Source: Schmidtea polychroa
Lineage: Eukaryota
NCBI GenBank assembly: GCA_044892525.1
Contig: CM097885.1
Coordinates: forward strand, 35,900,001 to 35,964,000
Length of the DNA stretch: 64,000 nt
Reading direction: 5' to 3'
In this document: piece after piece, positions 32,682 through 63,728 of the stretch
Numbering within the stretch: position 1 is the first letter of the stretch
How the letters are laid out: each line of letters begins with the position of its first letter
Translations under genes and position numbers: made by a program
Notes under the pieces: model-generated
The model's input: the letters and a program-made list of their open reading frames with translations, nothing else
What the model was told of the DNA's origin: nothing
Databases searched by the model: none

Positions 32682-34215
32682 TAGAGTTGCCAACTCCCAC
32701 AACCTCGAACCCGGGAGATTATAAAATTGCGAACAGTATAACGCTGAAGAAATAATATAACAGGTGATTTTTCACTATTTTGGTTTACACATGTTAGTGA
32801 TTTTAACTATATGATGACTAATACCATAAAGATTTAAACAAAACAATAGTTTTTACATATTACATTTTACATATTTTACATTTTAAAAGTGAAAAAAACC
32901 TGACAGTGACAGACTAATAACGTGAGTAAGAAGAAAAACATAAAATCGCTCGCCGCGAACAAACAACTTAAACTTCCGGTGACTGTGAGCAAAAATAAAT
33001 CTTGACTATCTGATTCAACTGAATAAACATCGAAACAGTTTTATTACAATCAACATCATCAGTTGTCTTTGGATATAGTTCAGCCTCCAATTGCTTTCCA
33101 CCAACTGCAACAGCTCGATGTCCAGCTACGAAGCCACTGGGATCAGTTTTGAATAATAACGGTTTGTCCATTTCAACATCATACGATAATGCTATCATTG
33201 AACAACCTAATGGTCGCATCTCAGCCGATTGGGTATAGAGCTGATTAATATCCGCCATACAACGACATATTATATCACAAGGCATTTCATATCCAATTTT
33301 AGATTTAAATCGAGCTGCTTCCATTTGTGCACGATATACTTGAGGTCGACAATCAGGGATCATACCAGTCATACCACCTGCAGTACTTTCAGTGATATTA
33401 AACAATCTTGTAGCTGAACTCTTCTCAATCATTTTATCTGGAACTTCTCTTTTTGCAACAATATGCACCACACAATTAATTTTCCTAGCAATGAGTATCT
33501 CCCCAATCCAAATTTTATGTTTATCGTTAAATCTGAAACGCTTCATTTTATCATTTAGAATAATGTTCTGGTAAATCGTTTGAACATAGAAAACACCGAT
33601 TTTGCTTATGTAACTTTCAGTATAAGCATCATCTGCCAATCTGAGTAATAAACAAGATTTTCCAACAACAGAATCTCCAATTAATAGAAGCTTGAATAAA
33701 TAGTCATACTCTGGATTCATTTAATTATTGTCAACGTTCCGGTTTCGATAAACAGATAAACAATTATAATTACAAAGCATTTACAATTCCAGAAATTTCC
33801 GCAAAACATAAAAAATCCATTGATTTAGAAAAACAAAATCTCTAAAAAACTAATATAAAACTTACAAATTAACAGTAAAAGACCTACTTCTCGCGTCTGT
33901 GTGCGCACACCAACAAGAATCGGTCTAACCAGACCGCGCACACAGACACGATAGAAAAATCACCAAACTAACTGCCGGTCAGAGGCAATCCCCCTCTGAC
34001 TGGTCGAAACACTATCATTATTTTAGAGAAATCAAATAAAAGTTAAAACGTCTAAAACTGCACTTTTTTCTTGAAATATTGTAAAATATTCTAAAAACGG
34101 AAAGACGGCAGATTTATATCCCCCTTACATACCCGGGTCATAGTTAACCGGGAGACGGGAGACGAAAGCCGATTCCGGGAGACTCCCGGCAAAAACGGGA
34201 GAGTTGGCCAGCCTA
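32682..34215. mobile_element. Non-autonomous hAT element carrying captured host coding sequence (Pack-TIR-like)
   Basis: TIRs TAGAGTTGCCAACTCCC and GGGAGAGTTGGCCAGCCTA, an 8-bp TSD AATAGAGA/AATATAGA (7/8), and subterminal CCGGGAGA repeats at both ends. Confidence 0.75.
32968..33720 (-). CDS. Intronless chimeric ORF (250 aa): Rab1 N-terminus fused in frame to a proteasome subunit alpha type-6 core
   Basis: aa 1-43 [43 protein letters not shown] match Rab1. aa about 79-216 (VPDK...[20 protein letters not shown]...GYEMPCD...[12 protein letters not shown]...KTDPSG) match PSMA6. Probably a retro-derived pseudogene or chimera. Confidence 0.85.
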   Translation of the reverse strand: MNPEYDYLFKLLLIGDSVVGKSCLLLRLADDAYTESYISKIGVFYVQTIYQNIILNDKMKRFRFNDKHKIWIGEILIARKINCVVHIVAKREVPDKMIEKSSATRLFNITESTAGGMTGMIPDCRPQVYRAQMEAARFKSKIGYEMPCDIICRCMADINQLYTQSAEMRPLGCSMIALSYDVEMDKPLLFKTDPSGFVAGHRAVAVGGKQLEAELYPKTTDDVDCNKTVSMFIQLNQIVKIYFCSQSPEV

Positions 34216-34280
34216 AATATAGACGTTGAAATGTGATGGAGAAATTCAATGGAAGCAAGCTAAACAAAAGTGTATAATTG

Positions 34281-35305
34281 TGTTGGTTTATTGAGTTGGT
34301 GATAAATTTAAATGTTACTCTGACTCCAAACGTGTCTTTATACTATCCACAGATAACACTTAACAACAGAAATCTTTATTGATAATTACAAAGAAACTTT
34401 CTCTTTACACTGACAATCAATACAATACTCTGCTTGGTGATTATACAATGCTTATTACAACTCTCGGTGAGAAATAGCACTTGCGTATAACACCGGATTA
34501 AAAGATTACAAATTACTGATTGGTTTATCAACTGGGACTTTGGGCCGGTTGTTTGCTCTGACCTTCTTCACAAATTTATTTAAATACTCAAGTAATTTTT
34601 CGTTTTTTTTCACTAATTCTATTCTTCAACTCTTCGCCAATAATTATTCTCCACAATCGTTTTCTTTACAATTATTTTTCACAATTTTTTTTCCAACAAC
34701 ATTTCGTCCAACGTTGTCTAATTTTCTCCAATAATTTTATCTCTCAAATTGTTTTCCAAAAATTCTCAATTTCGCGTCACTTTTTGTCTCAATTTGTCTC
34801 TCATGTTTCGTCTATATTTCGCGTCACTCTTTGTCTCTAATTTTGTCTGATTTTGTCTCTGATAGTTTCTCTTTATATAGTTTGCTTATATTGTGGCACT
34901 CAAGTCAATTAAGTGTTTTTCCACTTTCTTTCTCCTGCCTTTCCAAACTGTTCAATTTTTATCTCTGACGGCTGTCAAGATAGTTTCCTTTTTACCTTTT
35001 TTGTTCAACCGCCTTCTCCCTGTCAATTACGTTTACACTGGCAAGCTGTCAAGATAAGAATATTGTTGTTTTTCTTTTTTCCCGATTTCGAAATTCCTTT
35101 TCCTTTTTGTACTAATTACCTTAATTACCTTGGTTTTTATTTTCTTATTTAATTTCTTTTGTTTCATTCCTCTTTCTCATTTCTCATTTCTTTTTACTTC
35201 GTTTTCTTTTCTGAGTTCCCATAGACCGTCCCGTTTGTCATGATGATCTTTCCCCAGGTAATTTTATTTGTTTATTTAGAAATTGTTATTTAGGTATCCT
35301 CAACA
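34281..35305. mobile_element. Solo LTR (copy B), 1025 bp
   Basis: TGTTG...CAACA ends with a 4-bp TSD ATTG (34277-34280 and 35306-35309). Same family as 8892-10288. Confidence 0.9.
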
Positions 35306-35725
35306 ATTGGATATAAAAAGTATTGAAATTTTACTTAAGTGAAAATCAACAAATGATCAATTTTTCGAATGAGGCTGGTAAATGGGTCAGAGGTAGAAGA
35401 GATAATTGTGAATCACGTGAAAGGAATAATTTTTGTCGCAAGGTACATATAGAAGAGTATGCAAAACACAAGATTTAAAAGAAAATCCCACTGTGTAAAC
35501 AAATTGCCAAAGAAATAAATTTCCATTTCGGGGACTATTATCGTGACAACAGGATCAATGGATGTAAAATTAATTCTGATGAACAATTATTCACGTTCAT
35601 TTTTAGAAGGCACCCGACGGATTTGCTATGAGAAGATTAATTCAAAATTAAAACAAAATTAGGAAATATGTTTTTACCTTAGGTAAAAGAAATTCTAAAT
35701 TTAACATTTTTATTATGTAGTAGAG

Positions 35726-37640
35726 CACTATTTCCCAAACCTTTGACATCCGTGTACCTCTTCCATAACTTTCGTTACTTTGACTTTATATTTTCCTTAT
35801 TTAGTACATGAATAACATGATAATAAACGAAAATTAAAATTCATTCATTATAAAGTATAAATAAAATGAATAATAGTTATATTATAAACAGCACTCATAA
35901 TAAACGAGAAGGATGAAATGGTTCATCACAATTTGGTTCCCTTGTTGGTAATTTTAATCTGAGACGCGGTTGCTTTTTTCACTTAATACTTATAAAAGAT
36001 ATGAATTTGGACAAAGCAAAATGTATTTCAGGACTTCCTCCATTAAAACTGGATAGACATGTTGCCTTTGCAACCAGGATGGTACTAAAGTATGTTCCTT
36101 ATGTTTATCTTTCAAGAATTCTTTGAAGCTAATTCCAACAATTGCTCTTTTTCTCATGCGATAATCCGTCTGGTGTGTATGTTTATATATTATGTTTATA
36201 TATTATGTTTGTATATTATGTTTGTATATTATGTTTATATATTATGTTTATATATTATGTTTATATATTATGTTTATATATTATGTTTATATATTATGTT
36301 TGTATATTATGTTTATTTATTACCCATTCAATATTTTGGTTTAAATCAGTAAAATAGTTTTCAGGCCCGCTTGTAGAATCTCTAAATGCTGTGTTATACA
36401 TTTCAGAGTTTTTATCATCTGAACTTGTTATACACTCACAAAGAGAGAGAAACGAATCTCCTTCTCCATTACCATCTCTCTTTTGGGAGAAAAATAATTT
36501 TGCCATGGTAGCGTTCACTTAAACTTGATTATGAAACAGTGAAACTTCTTTACCTTGTAACGATAAGTTGAGATAATTTAAAACAGAGAATATATCTGCT
36601 AAGTATACCAATTTAGAGAGCCCTTTTCAGTCATTAAAGCAGTTTCATAGCTCCTATCAATCATTAAGAAAAACTTGAAATTCATCTCTAAGTTCAAATA
36701 ATCGGTTTTGAATTTTCCTTTAAAATAGCCAACGAACATCGGTTGTGAGAGAGAAGCTGAGAATAACTACTTTCCATTTCTTGATACATTTACGAAAAGA
36801 TCGTGCCATCAAAGGACGGCCTTTAATGTAATTATTGATTTTCACGCTTTCATCCAGAACCTTTTGTAGCACATCTGGTATATTGGGTGTTGCCAAACCC
36901 TCACTATGTTTGCAACAATGTGTAGATATGACATTCTGAATTCTTGAAACCAGTCCTTTATTAATTACGACCATACCTTTTGCTCTATCTGTGCTTTATC
37001 TATCTATATCTATTCCAATCAATTTTGTTTTCTTGCATAAATTTATTCATAACATTAAAAATATCTTTTCTGTTGTTTGACCTGATAAAGGCTACGAAAA
37101 TAAAACGTCGTCATAAAGATTTTGATCTTTTCGTATCTAATAAATGCCATAAGATTTGCAGTGGACTTATCGACATGTAATGCATAATGACGACTCTAAA
37201 AAGCTTAGACAAAAACATATATTTTACATTATCAGACATATCAATGATTCGTCGATGAACTGTATTATTTTTGAAGGAAAATTGGTCAAAAGTTTGTTTT
37301 GCCTTATCTCCTATCATTACTTCTGACCTTATATTGACTACGGGCGAGATTAAAGTTTCGCCAATCGTCTCCGCTGCGCCGCATCTTACAATTAAAATCA
37401 GTACACGATTTAAAATGTCTAGGGTTTTTTGATTGTATCTCCCGTTAAGCTCCGAATTACCTTTCGAGACTGATTTTTAAACCGATTAGATTATTTTTTT
37501 ACTGGTTGTGGTTTGTCTCAAAATGCCGCTTTAAGTTTCACACTTTGATTTGTTAGATTTTCAGAATAAATGACGCAAGAGAATCCACGAGAATCCAAAT
37601 TTAAGATACTCTTTGTCGTACTTGCTAGTTTGTGTGTGTG
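35726..37640 (-). mobile_element. Decayed hAT (Buster/Charlie, ZBED8/SCAND3-like) transposase
   Basis: Minus-strand fragments include THCCKHSEGLA (resembling HCxxHREALA), KINNYIKGRPL...DVRWL and NNTVHRRIIDMS. A terminus-like CACTATTTCCCAAACC lies at about 35726, and a 13-bp tandem array at 36178-36315. Confidence 0.75.
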
Positions 37641-38036
37641 TGTGAGAGAGAGGCGTGGAGAGAGAGACGGAGAGGGAGAGACGGAGAGAGAGAGAGACGG
37701 AGAGAGAGGAAAAACAATTTATGATTAAAAACGAAGGCTTAAATAAACAAATCTAACTCTGATCTAAACTTTATTCAACATATCGACAAAGTTTTCAAGA
37801 ATTATTTACATATAAAAACGATTATTTAATGTATTTTTAATTCAATATTTTACTAATTTTACACAAGCTTGACTGTATTGCACGTTTTATTTCAATTTTC
37901 CTGCTTTATTAGTACTTTGAAAAATTAACGCTAATATTTTGAGGAAGCGATCAGAGTGAAAAATCTTTCATTATTCGAATTATTTTTCATATTGCATTAT
38001 CTCACTTTATTGTTAATCATTTAAAATTGTGTAAGT

Positions 38037-38908
38037 CAGAGTCCGCAACCTTTTCTCACCCGCGGCACACCTAAAGACTTAAAAAAATTTCGCGGCACAC
38101 CACAAACAAAATTTTTTAAAAATTTACGTGATAAGAAATGCACAAACAGAAAATGTATTTTTTTTATTTGAGAAATTTATTATTGCCGTTAACAACTATT
38201 TTTTATTTATAACTATAACTAATATGAACAATCACTAATGAGATACCTGGGCTTGTTTTAAGGAACATAATAGTTTTATATTGGGTTCAATATTTGAAAG
38301 AGCAACTCGAAGTTCTTGGTCAAGGCCCTTCAAGCACGACCGCTTATCATTTTTTATTAAAACTAGAGTTGAAAAATTTCTTCACATATGTACGTGGTTG
38401 AAAATGGGAGCAGAACTTCAATAGCCTTTTCGGAAATTCGAGGATATTCTTCCTTAACCGCAATCCAAAACGTATCCAATGGAACGTCGGAAAATTTTAT
38501 TTTTAGCGTCCCATCGTTCCTCAAGTCAAAAAATTCGTCTCGAATTTGAAGGGAAAGAGCTACTGTAAAATTTTCGGCATTCGCTGAAAAAGGATTTCGA
38601 ATCCAATCGTATTGGTCTGTATTAATTATGTGAAAGTATTGGTGAAATTTCTGTTGTAGCAATGTTAAATGTTGTTCGACCAAACGCAATATGATCTGCT
38701 TGTTTTTCCTGCTTGTGCAATCCTTCCAATCGTCTGGTTGGTTCTTTGGTACATTTCTAGTGATCCTTGTTGTAACTCCGATTGCCAAAGATCAAGTTTC
38801 TGTTTGAACCCGTTCAATTTGTCGGAACATGTCAACAAATTTTAAATTAAACCCTATATTTTTTCTCGGGTAGGCATTGCGTCGCGGCACACCGGTTGCG
38901 GAGCTCTG
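38037..38908 (-). mobile_element. Internally deleted Buster-type hAT element
   Basis: TIRs CAGAGTCCGCAACC and GGTTGCGGAGCTCTG, TSD GTGTAAGT/GTGTAGGT. ORF 38363-38788 contains WIRNPF...FWIAVKEEYP...LLPFSTTYICE (hAT dimerisation region). Confidence 0.9.
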
Positions 38909-39001
38909 GTGTAGGTCACCAAACTTATTTTTACCTGTTACTATCTTTTATTTACTCGTTTTTTATGCACTTTACTATTCTTAGACATTGTGTACTGCAT
39001 C

Positions 39002-39708
39002 CAGTGCAGGATTTACGTATAGGCTATACAGGCTATAGCCTAGGGCCCTTGCTTTCTTAGGGCCCCAAAAAGTGTCCGAATGAGAAATTGTCATTTCGAC
39101 TTAAATATACTGCAGCATTATTTTTCCTACTGCCGCATGTCTGAAACGTCCCATACTCTTCATCTAATTCTTTTAGGACGTCAATTAGAAGAACAAAGGC
39201 AAAGCGCTATTGTGCCTAGGGTTTGTTTAGCCAAAATTATGACTAATTTCGACAGCTTCTGAATTTAAAACAACAATGACTCAAGATAAATTATGTTCAC
39301 TCAGTATCATGTGTGTAGAAAGTGACAAACTACGCAGTTTATTATTCGATGATGTACTCAGTGACTTTGCTCAGGCAAAGGCAAGAAAGAAAATATTTTA
39401 GTTTAATATAATTCCTTAATTCTCATAGTATGTTTCAAGAGATAAGCCTTTGTAAATAAGCCTTTGTAAATTGTTTTTTTAAAAGATCTTTTGCGTCTTT
39501 TTATCAGAGTTTGCATTTTTAAGTTTGTTATGAATAAAAATGATTTTAAATTAAAGATTTATTATTTCACTATCTATACTTCTTAATTGTAATTCAGTTT
39601 ATCCCTCTAGGTATCCGAAAATAATATTTGGCGCTGAGATATGATATCTGGTCTTATAAAGGGCCCCATATTTCAAATAGCCTAGGGCCTTATCAGATCT
39701 AAATCCGG
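39002..39708 (+). mobile_element. Deleted hAT (Tip100/ZMYM1-like) element
   Basis: Ends CAGTGCAGGATTTA...TAAATCCGG with TAGCCTAGGGCC subterminal repeats. 39270-39401 encodes TMTQDKLCSLSIMCVE...FAQAKARKKIF*. Confidence 0.7.
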
Positions 39709-40905
39709 AGGTTCATTTCATAAATTATTATTTACTATTACTTTTTGTATTTAGTATTGCCAAGGAAGAATTGGCCTTGAAACTCGTCGGGTCTAAATCA
39801 GATCGAGCGTGTATGGGCTAGATTACAAGACAACCTATTTAAAATACCCAAACCATGCAATAGAGAGAAGATGATCATCTTTATACAGTATGAATGGAAC
39901 GAAAGTAACCCGAAGAAAGTCAATCTGTTAACGGATTTATTTGGCAGACGAATATAAAACGAATAAAAGTACAAAAAATACTAACCGTTTGCTTTTACAA
40001 AGTGAAATCCATGTCTATTGTATCTTTTCTGAAGAAATTTCCGTAGTAATTATTTCTCATAAGAAAAAAATATGAGAAGAAACTTTTCAGCCACCCTGTA
40101 TTTATACTTGTTCTCTTCTTTAGGGGGTTTTAGTGTTAGAGACCATTTTCTGTTTCTATTTATTTTTCATATATTTTTGCAGTGTTTTTTCAAATGTTTT
40201 CTGTAGGGTCTAATAAAAAATCAATAAATAAATGAATTTCCATAAATCATATTTTATGATTTTGTGATTTTAGAAATTATTTTCATAATTTTAAAATCGT
40301 CTCTCTCTAGCATCACTCAAGGTATTGGAACTTAGAAAGATATATATTATTTCCTTGATAAACAAGTTCAAAGTAGTCATAAATTGTTATAAATTATCGT
40401 ATCCACAGGATGTTTTGAAGCCACTGTCTCCAAAAACTGATCATTAAAACGTTCGTAATGAAGAAGTACACATCCTGTTTACAGGTTTATACACAAAACA
40501 CCTCTAAATGTGATAATTAGCTTATCTTAATGAACAATCTTTTACCTCAGTTTCATATGAATATTGTTGAAATTCATTTCTTTAATTAATGTTAATAAAA
40601 TTTAATACAAAAAATTTCATTTAACCCAACTTTTTTTTTATTAAAACGCGAAACATTTCTCATCCAATAAAAAGTTTTCGGGTAAATGAACGAATGACAG
40701 AATTCGAATTTTACCATTGAATATTTAAAAGGTCATTTGCAAAAATAGTAATCTCTGCAAATCTTATTAAATTTTATTGTTAATCTAAAATCTATTATTC
40801 TGTTTTAAATATTAGGTGTATGTAATATAAAAATAATATTAAAAATTTGGAGAGATATTTTTCGAACTTCAACATGAATTTCACCATTTTCGTTGTCCTC
40901 GGAAA

Positions 40906-44688
<3,783 letters not shown>

Positions 44689-45761
44689 TAGATATCTTTT
44701 TGTTTTAATAATTTGGAGTTGGCGGTTTTTGAAATTAATTAAAACTTGTTATTTATAAATTCTTTGATTAAATATATATTATTAGTTTCAAGATTTTTTC
44801 TGCGAAATTTAAAGATGGATTTAAAGATGAATTTAACTACAGAAAGGAAAGAAAGATTATGTTTATTCATCGCATTTTTTTATCAAATCATTTTCTCTAA
44901 TGGATGACATTTTTCGTTTACTATTCTGATACTATTTTTTGTATTTTTTGTACACAATAAATTTCACAAAAATCTTGAGAAGATTCATAAAATTTGGCAT
45001 TATATCCAAAAATATTCCTGTTCTAGATGGGCATTATCAGATGTACGGATAAAAACATTTATTTGGATAATTATTAAATAGTTTTGATAATGGAACATTT
45101 TTTAATATTTCTCAAATTATTTTGTTAATTTTATTTACACTAAAATTCCACACATTTTATAAATTCTACTCTACATCTTTATTTTATTTTGAAGAGAGAT
45201 ATTTTGTTATTTGTTGTAATTAAAAAGATTGTTATTCAGGAAACCTCAACAATAATATTTTTTTTTAAATTATTTTAAAAAATTCCCTTTCTTTATCTGT
45301 ATAATTCAATGGGAAAACTGGCAAATTCGTCTGGATTTAGTTTCATATTCAAATCTATTTAATTAAAAAATTAAAATTTTGGTAAGTTTTATTAGAATTT
45401 ACCTGTATCGAATGCGCAGTTTTTGTGATTAATTTAAACAAATTCAATATATTTTTACATTTAAATATCAGAATAAAAAATTGAAAAAAATTATTTAAGT
45501 AATTTTCTTTCTTAAAAATTCTGGATTTTTTTTTCTCTCTTGAATAAAGTTGAGAGTAGGAATAAAATTTTCTAAAAACCGGAAATGTAGTCCATTGAAA
45601 CAAGTCAGTAATTCGATATCACAGCGGAAAACCAATTCTTGAATACGTCATTTTAAAGGTCAGATGGCTTTTGCTCACATAAATTTAGTATTTAATTGTA
45701 TTACTGATAAATAATATTCAATTGTATTTTTATTGAATCAAAATTACAGACTGATAAAATT

Positions 45762-59348
<13,587 letters not shown>

Positions 59349-59846
59349 GTAGGTCTTTGAAAACTATTTTTTATATTTACAATTCTATATTTATTTATTT
59401 CAAAAAATGATTCCTTTGTATAGATTTTAAATTGATAATTTAAATCAAAGAATTTCTAATTTTTATTTTCTTCCATAAACCTTGTTTATTTTACAGTTTC
59501 ATATTTCTTAAAGATTATGAAAAAATTTGGTCTTGGTATATTTGAAATAGTCTCATTCACAACTAATTGCACTTCTCACTTATCAGTGTTGTGACAATGC
59601 AAGAATTTATTTTGTTTTTATAAAATATTACCAAACGTTCTAAAATCCTATATGAAATCGAAATGTTAACCAATTTATTCTCAAAGATATATGAAATACA
59701 GTCGGTTAAATCTGTCTCGTATATATTCCAAAAGTAAAAAATTCTATTCCATTTTTCAAATTTACCTACATAACAAAATTAGTGATGCCAGATTCATGCC
59801 TGGCTCAGGCCACAATAAATATAATAATAATAATAATAATAATATA

Positions 59847-59970
<124 letters not shown>

Positions 59971-60586
59971 TAATACCGACAAGGATTATCTTATAGTCGA
60001 AATTTTTTCATTTATATTAAATATAATATTCGCAGCAAAATGCTTAAATCGAGGGTGACCAACCCGAATCGCTTGGTGTGCTAAAAAAATATATTTTGAA
60101 GCACATATAAAAAATTAAAAATATTTATTAAAACTATTTTATTAGCCTTCAGTTAATGTGACACTTACTTTTCTACTGTATTTTTCCTAGCATATTGATT
60201 ATGCATTTGTTACATTTCATTAATAAAATTTTTGACTTTTTAGAAGAAGTGCATCGCAATTAATTGGTCGCATTTTCGTCAAGCAAACTGCTTCGGCATT
60301 TTTTTACTACCTTTAACTTTGAAAAAAATGATTCAAACCGATATGTCATTCCAAAAACTGCTGTAATGTACATGGCTAATCGTTTTAATTTTTATATTTT
60401 TATCCTCGATGATATATTTCTGATGTACGAGCTTATTATTACTATCAAACAAACACTTCAAATCTAAACTCAATTTTAGCTTTATTAATTCCATTTGCAA
60501 ATTTTTAGGCGTCGATTAAACTTCAATATTAAAAGGAGTTGAGAATATTTTGAACAATTCCTCATATTTTTGCAAATATGAAAATC

Positions 60587-61490
60587 AGTAGGGTAACATG
60601 TGGACCCAGGAACAAAGAACTATTATATAATCGATGACGTCACAGTGGAAATTACTACAAATCCTTTACCCCCGGGGTGTTTTTTTGAATTTTTTAAAAA
60701 AATTATGTAACAAAGACATGATACGTTACAAATGAATATTACACAACAAAGATATATTACGTAACAAATACATATTACACAACAATTACATATTACATAA
60801 CAAAAACATATTACATAAACAAAGTCATATTATGCAATAAATACATATTACGTAACAAATTCATTAAGTTAAAAAGCCCTATTATGTAACAAAGACATTT
60901 TAACAAAGACATAAATTTAAATAAAGGACTATTACATAACAAAGACATTTTCACAAAGACACATAACTCATCATACTTTTTAAATATATTACGTTGCGGT
61001 ATTTTAAACTTTAAATATATTTTAAAAACTTATTTTGACGCTAAAGTTGACATAAAGTTTTAGTAGGGTAACATGTGGACCCGGGAACAAATAACTATTG
61101 CGTAATCGATGACGTCACAAACGAAATTATGTCATACCTTTACCCGGGGTTTTTTAGAATAAAAAATTAAAAATACATAACAAAGAAATATCACATTACA
61201 AAGATATATTATGTAACAAAATATTTTACGTAGCAAAGGAATATTACATAACAAAGACATTTTACACAACAAAGACATATTACATAACAAAGACATATTA
61301 CATAACAAAGTTATATTACATAACAAAGGCATATTACACAACAAAGACATTTTAGCAAAGACATAAATTTAAACAAAGGACTATTATGTAACAAAGAAAC
61401 ATGACTCATCATACTTTTTAAATATATTACGTTGCGGTATTTTAAAATTTAAATATATTTTAAAAACTTATTTTGACGCTAAAGTTGACA
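60587..61490. repeat. Two tandem units of about 430-475 bp, each with an internal array of about 18-20 bp (TATTACATAACAAAGACA)
   Basis: AGTAGGGTAACATGTGGACC at 60587 and 61062. Each unit ends TTTTGACGCTAAAGTTGACA. Confidence 0.85.
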
Positions 61491-62090
61491 GAATAAAATT
61501 ATTGCACATACTTTGCATTATTATTATTATTATCATATATAATCTGAGTTTATCCGACAAGATATTCTGTCCCCCTAAGAGTAATGGCCACAAAGGTACT
61601 ACTCACAAAGGTACTACTCACAAAGGTACTGCTCACAAAGGTACTGCTAAAAATATTCAAGGCAAAACTTTAACATATTATTACACACACACACACAATG
61701 TATAAAAAATATTATTTAGTGTCCTAGCGGGCACATGGTTTTGATCATGCAAAATGTTAGTGTTCCTATCATTATATTATATTGTCCGATGGCTCATTTT
61801 AAACCCCACTGCAAGACCCTTTCAATGAGCTATAGATATATTTATTATCATTATTACTTTTAAAGATATTAATAATTGAGGACCAGCATCTTTTTCAAAG
61901 TTAAATTATTATTATTTTTGAAAATATTATTAGTGTTCTAGCGGGCACATGGTTTTGGTCATGCAACAAGTTAGTGTTCCCATCATCCGATTTTATTATA
62001 CAATCGCTCATCTTAAATCCTAGTGCAAGATCTATCTAATGATATATAAATATCATTATTATCTTAAGATATTAACCCCCGCGCGAAAGA

Positions 62091-62209
<119 letters not shown>

Positions 62210-62407
62210 GATATACTCCGAGTTTATCCGACAAGATATTCTGTCCTCCTATGGGTACTGCTCACGAAGTTACTGCTAAAATATTCAAGGCAAAACTTTA
62301 ACAAAGAAATTCTAAATATTATGCTTTAAATATACACTCAAACTAAAATTTATTAACACATTCACATTCATCATCTCCACATTTCATAACATTTTCAACA
62401 ACATGAT

Positions 62408-62709
62408 CTATACAATCGTTATATACACGCGGTCAGTATCCGTAAATTCCTCCATAGGTTCATCAATTTCTTGAATGCTTTCCTCATCATCTTGAGTGTT
62501 TTCTTCATCAGTTTCATCAAATCCCGAATCTTCACTCTCTGCTACCCAGTCTATATTTAATGCATTTGTAACAGATAATATATCATTCATTTTCACACCA
62601 GATATTTCTGCTAATTTTCCCAATAAAAAGTTTATTACAAATTCTAAATATTAAATAATTCGATAAGTAACTAATCATATTAACCTTTTTCTGTAGTCAT
62701 TATTAGCAT
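62408..62709 (-). pseudogene. Small acidic protein gene with a 41-nt intron (62644-62684), probably frameshifted near its 3' end
   Basis: ATG at 62709, exon 1 MLIMTTEK, and a GT...AG intron restoring the frame into ORF 62408-62623. An alternative frame continues YNDCIDHVVENVMKCGDDECECVNKF*. Confidence 0.5.
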
Positions 62710-62828
62710 TTTAAAACTATAGTGTATATTTGTTTACAGAATGTCTTTGTTAAATTTTTTGTATTAGTATAGAAAATAAGTGAAAAACAAATATGACTAA
62801 ATACATTTATTAAATACATCATCATTTA

Positions 62829-63248
62829 TTAAAATATCTGTGAAAGTCTAGCAGACATAATTTTCCAAATTGGAGAATACACATCATTATTATCAACTTT
62901 ATATCCTTGGATTGCAATTGTTATATACCAATTTTCATTTTCTTTGAAGCTGATTTCATCAACGGAATCATAAAATCTTGCATATCGGTTGTTGAAAAAT
63001 GCATGTTGATTACATGATAGATTCGTATTCAACCGTTTAAAAACCTCATCAATAGATTTAATATCTATCATTGAAAGTGTGCCGGATACGAATTGAAATT
63101 GAGTAGGAATTAGCTTGATCGGTGACACCAATTTCATATTGATTTCTTCTTTTAAAAAATACATTTTGTAGTTGTGGAACATTTGAACAGGTTGTACAAG
63201 TTCTGGAACAACTTTTGGATTTTCAGTGCTTGAAAATTTCTTTGTCAT
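62829..63248 (-). CDS. Intronless 139-aa protein of unknown function with a compact viral/TE-style gene structure
   Basis: Open 139 codons of non-repetitive sequence in very AT-rich DNA. TATAAAA lies about 35-40 bp upstream, a CCAAT box at about 63311, and the stop codon overlaps AATAAA. Confidence 0.6.
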   Translation of the reverse strand: MTKKFSSTENPKVVPELVQPVQMFHNYKMYFLKEEINMKLVSPIKLIPTQFQFVSGTLSMIDIKSIDEVFKRLNTNLSCNQHAFFNNRYARFYDSVDEISFKENENWYITIAIQGYKVDNNDVYSPIWKIMSARLSQIF

Positions 63249-63469
63249 CTCGAATTATGATTAAAATGAAATGGTACAAGGTTTTTATACCTATGACTAT
63301 TGTTTTTCATCCAATCAGATTGCAGCATGTCTTTGTTTTAATTGCATTCAAATTGCATTGATATTGTATTGGCACATGTTTTACATTATTAAAATTATTA
63401 TTATTAATAATATTATTTCTATTACTATTTACTAAAAAAGACAAAACAAAAAATAGTTAAACATAAAGA

Positions 63470-63728
63470 TTTATTTGGATAAAATTTGACAAAAATAATA
63501 TTTGCGAAGTGTCTTTACCAAAGACCATTCGACATATCTCTGGTAGCGGAAATCGCAACAGCTACATCCCAAAATGCAAGGGTATTCTGCTTCCACTTCC
63601 TTCATTGTTCTTCCAATCTACACATCCCAGAGAAATGTATTGATAATATCAAAAATCCAGATTCTTGTTTCATTGTAAATTAAATCTGGGATTATTGCAA
63701 CATCTCGATCTTTGAGAATATCATACAT
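63470..63728 (-). pseudogene. Small ORF with one internal stop (MYDILKDRDVAIIPDLIYNETRIWIFDIINTFLWDV*IGRTMKEVEAEYPCILGCSCCDFRYQRYVEWSLVKTLRKYYFCQILSK*)
   Basis: The frame stays open on both sides of a single TAG. The final stop overlaps AATAAA, as in the neighbouring gene. Confidence 0.45.

Noticed and set aside
8892..35305. Two same-orientation LTRs 24 kb apart read as one giant LTR retroelement enclosing the palindrome
   Set aside because: Each LTR has its own TSD (CAGG and ATTG) and no gag/pol lies between them, so they are independent solo LTRs.
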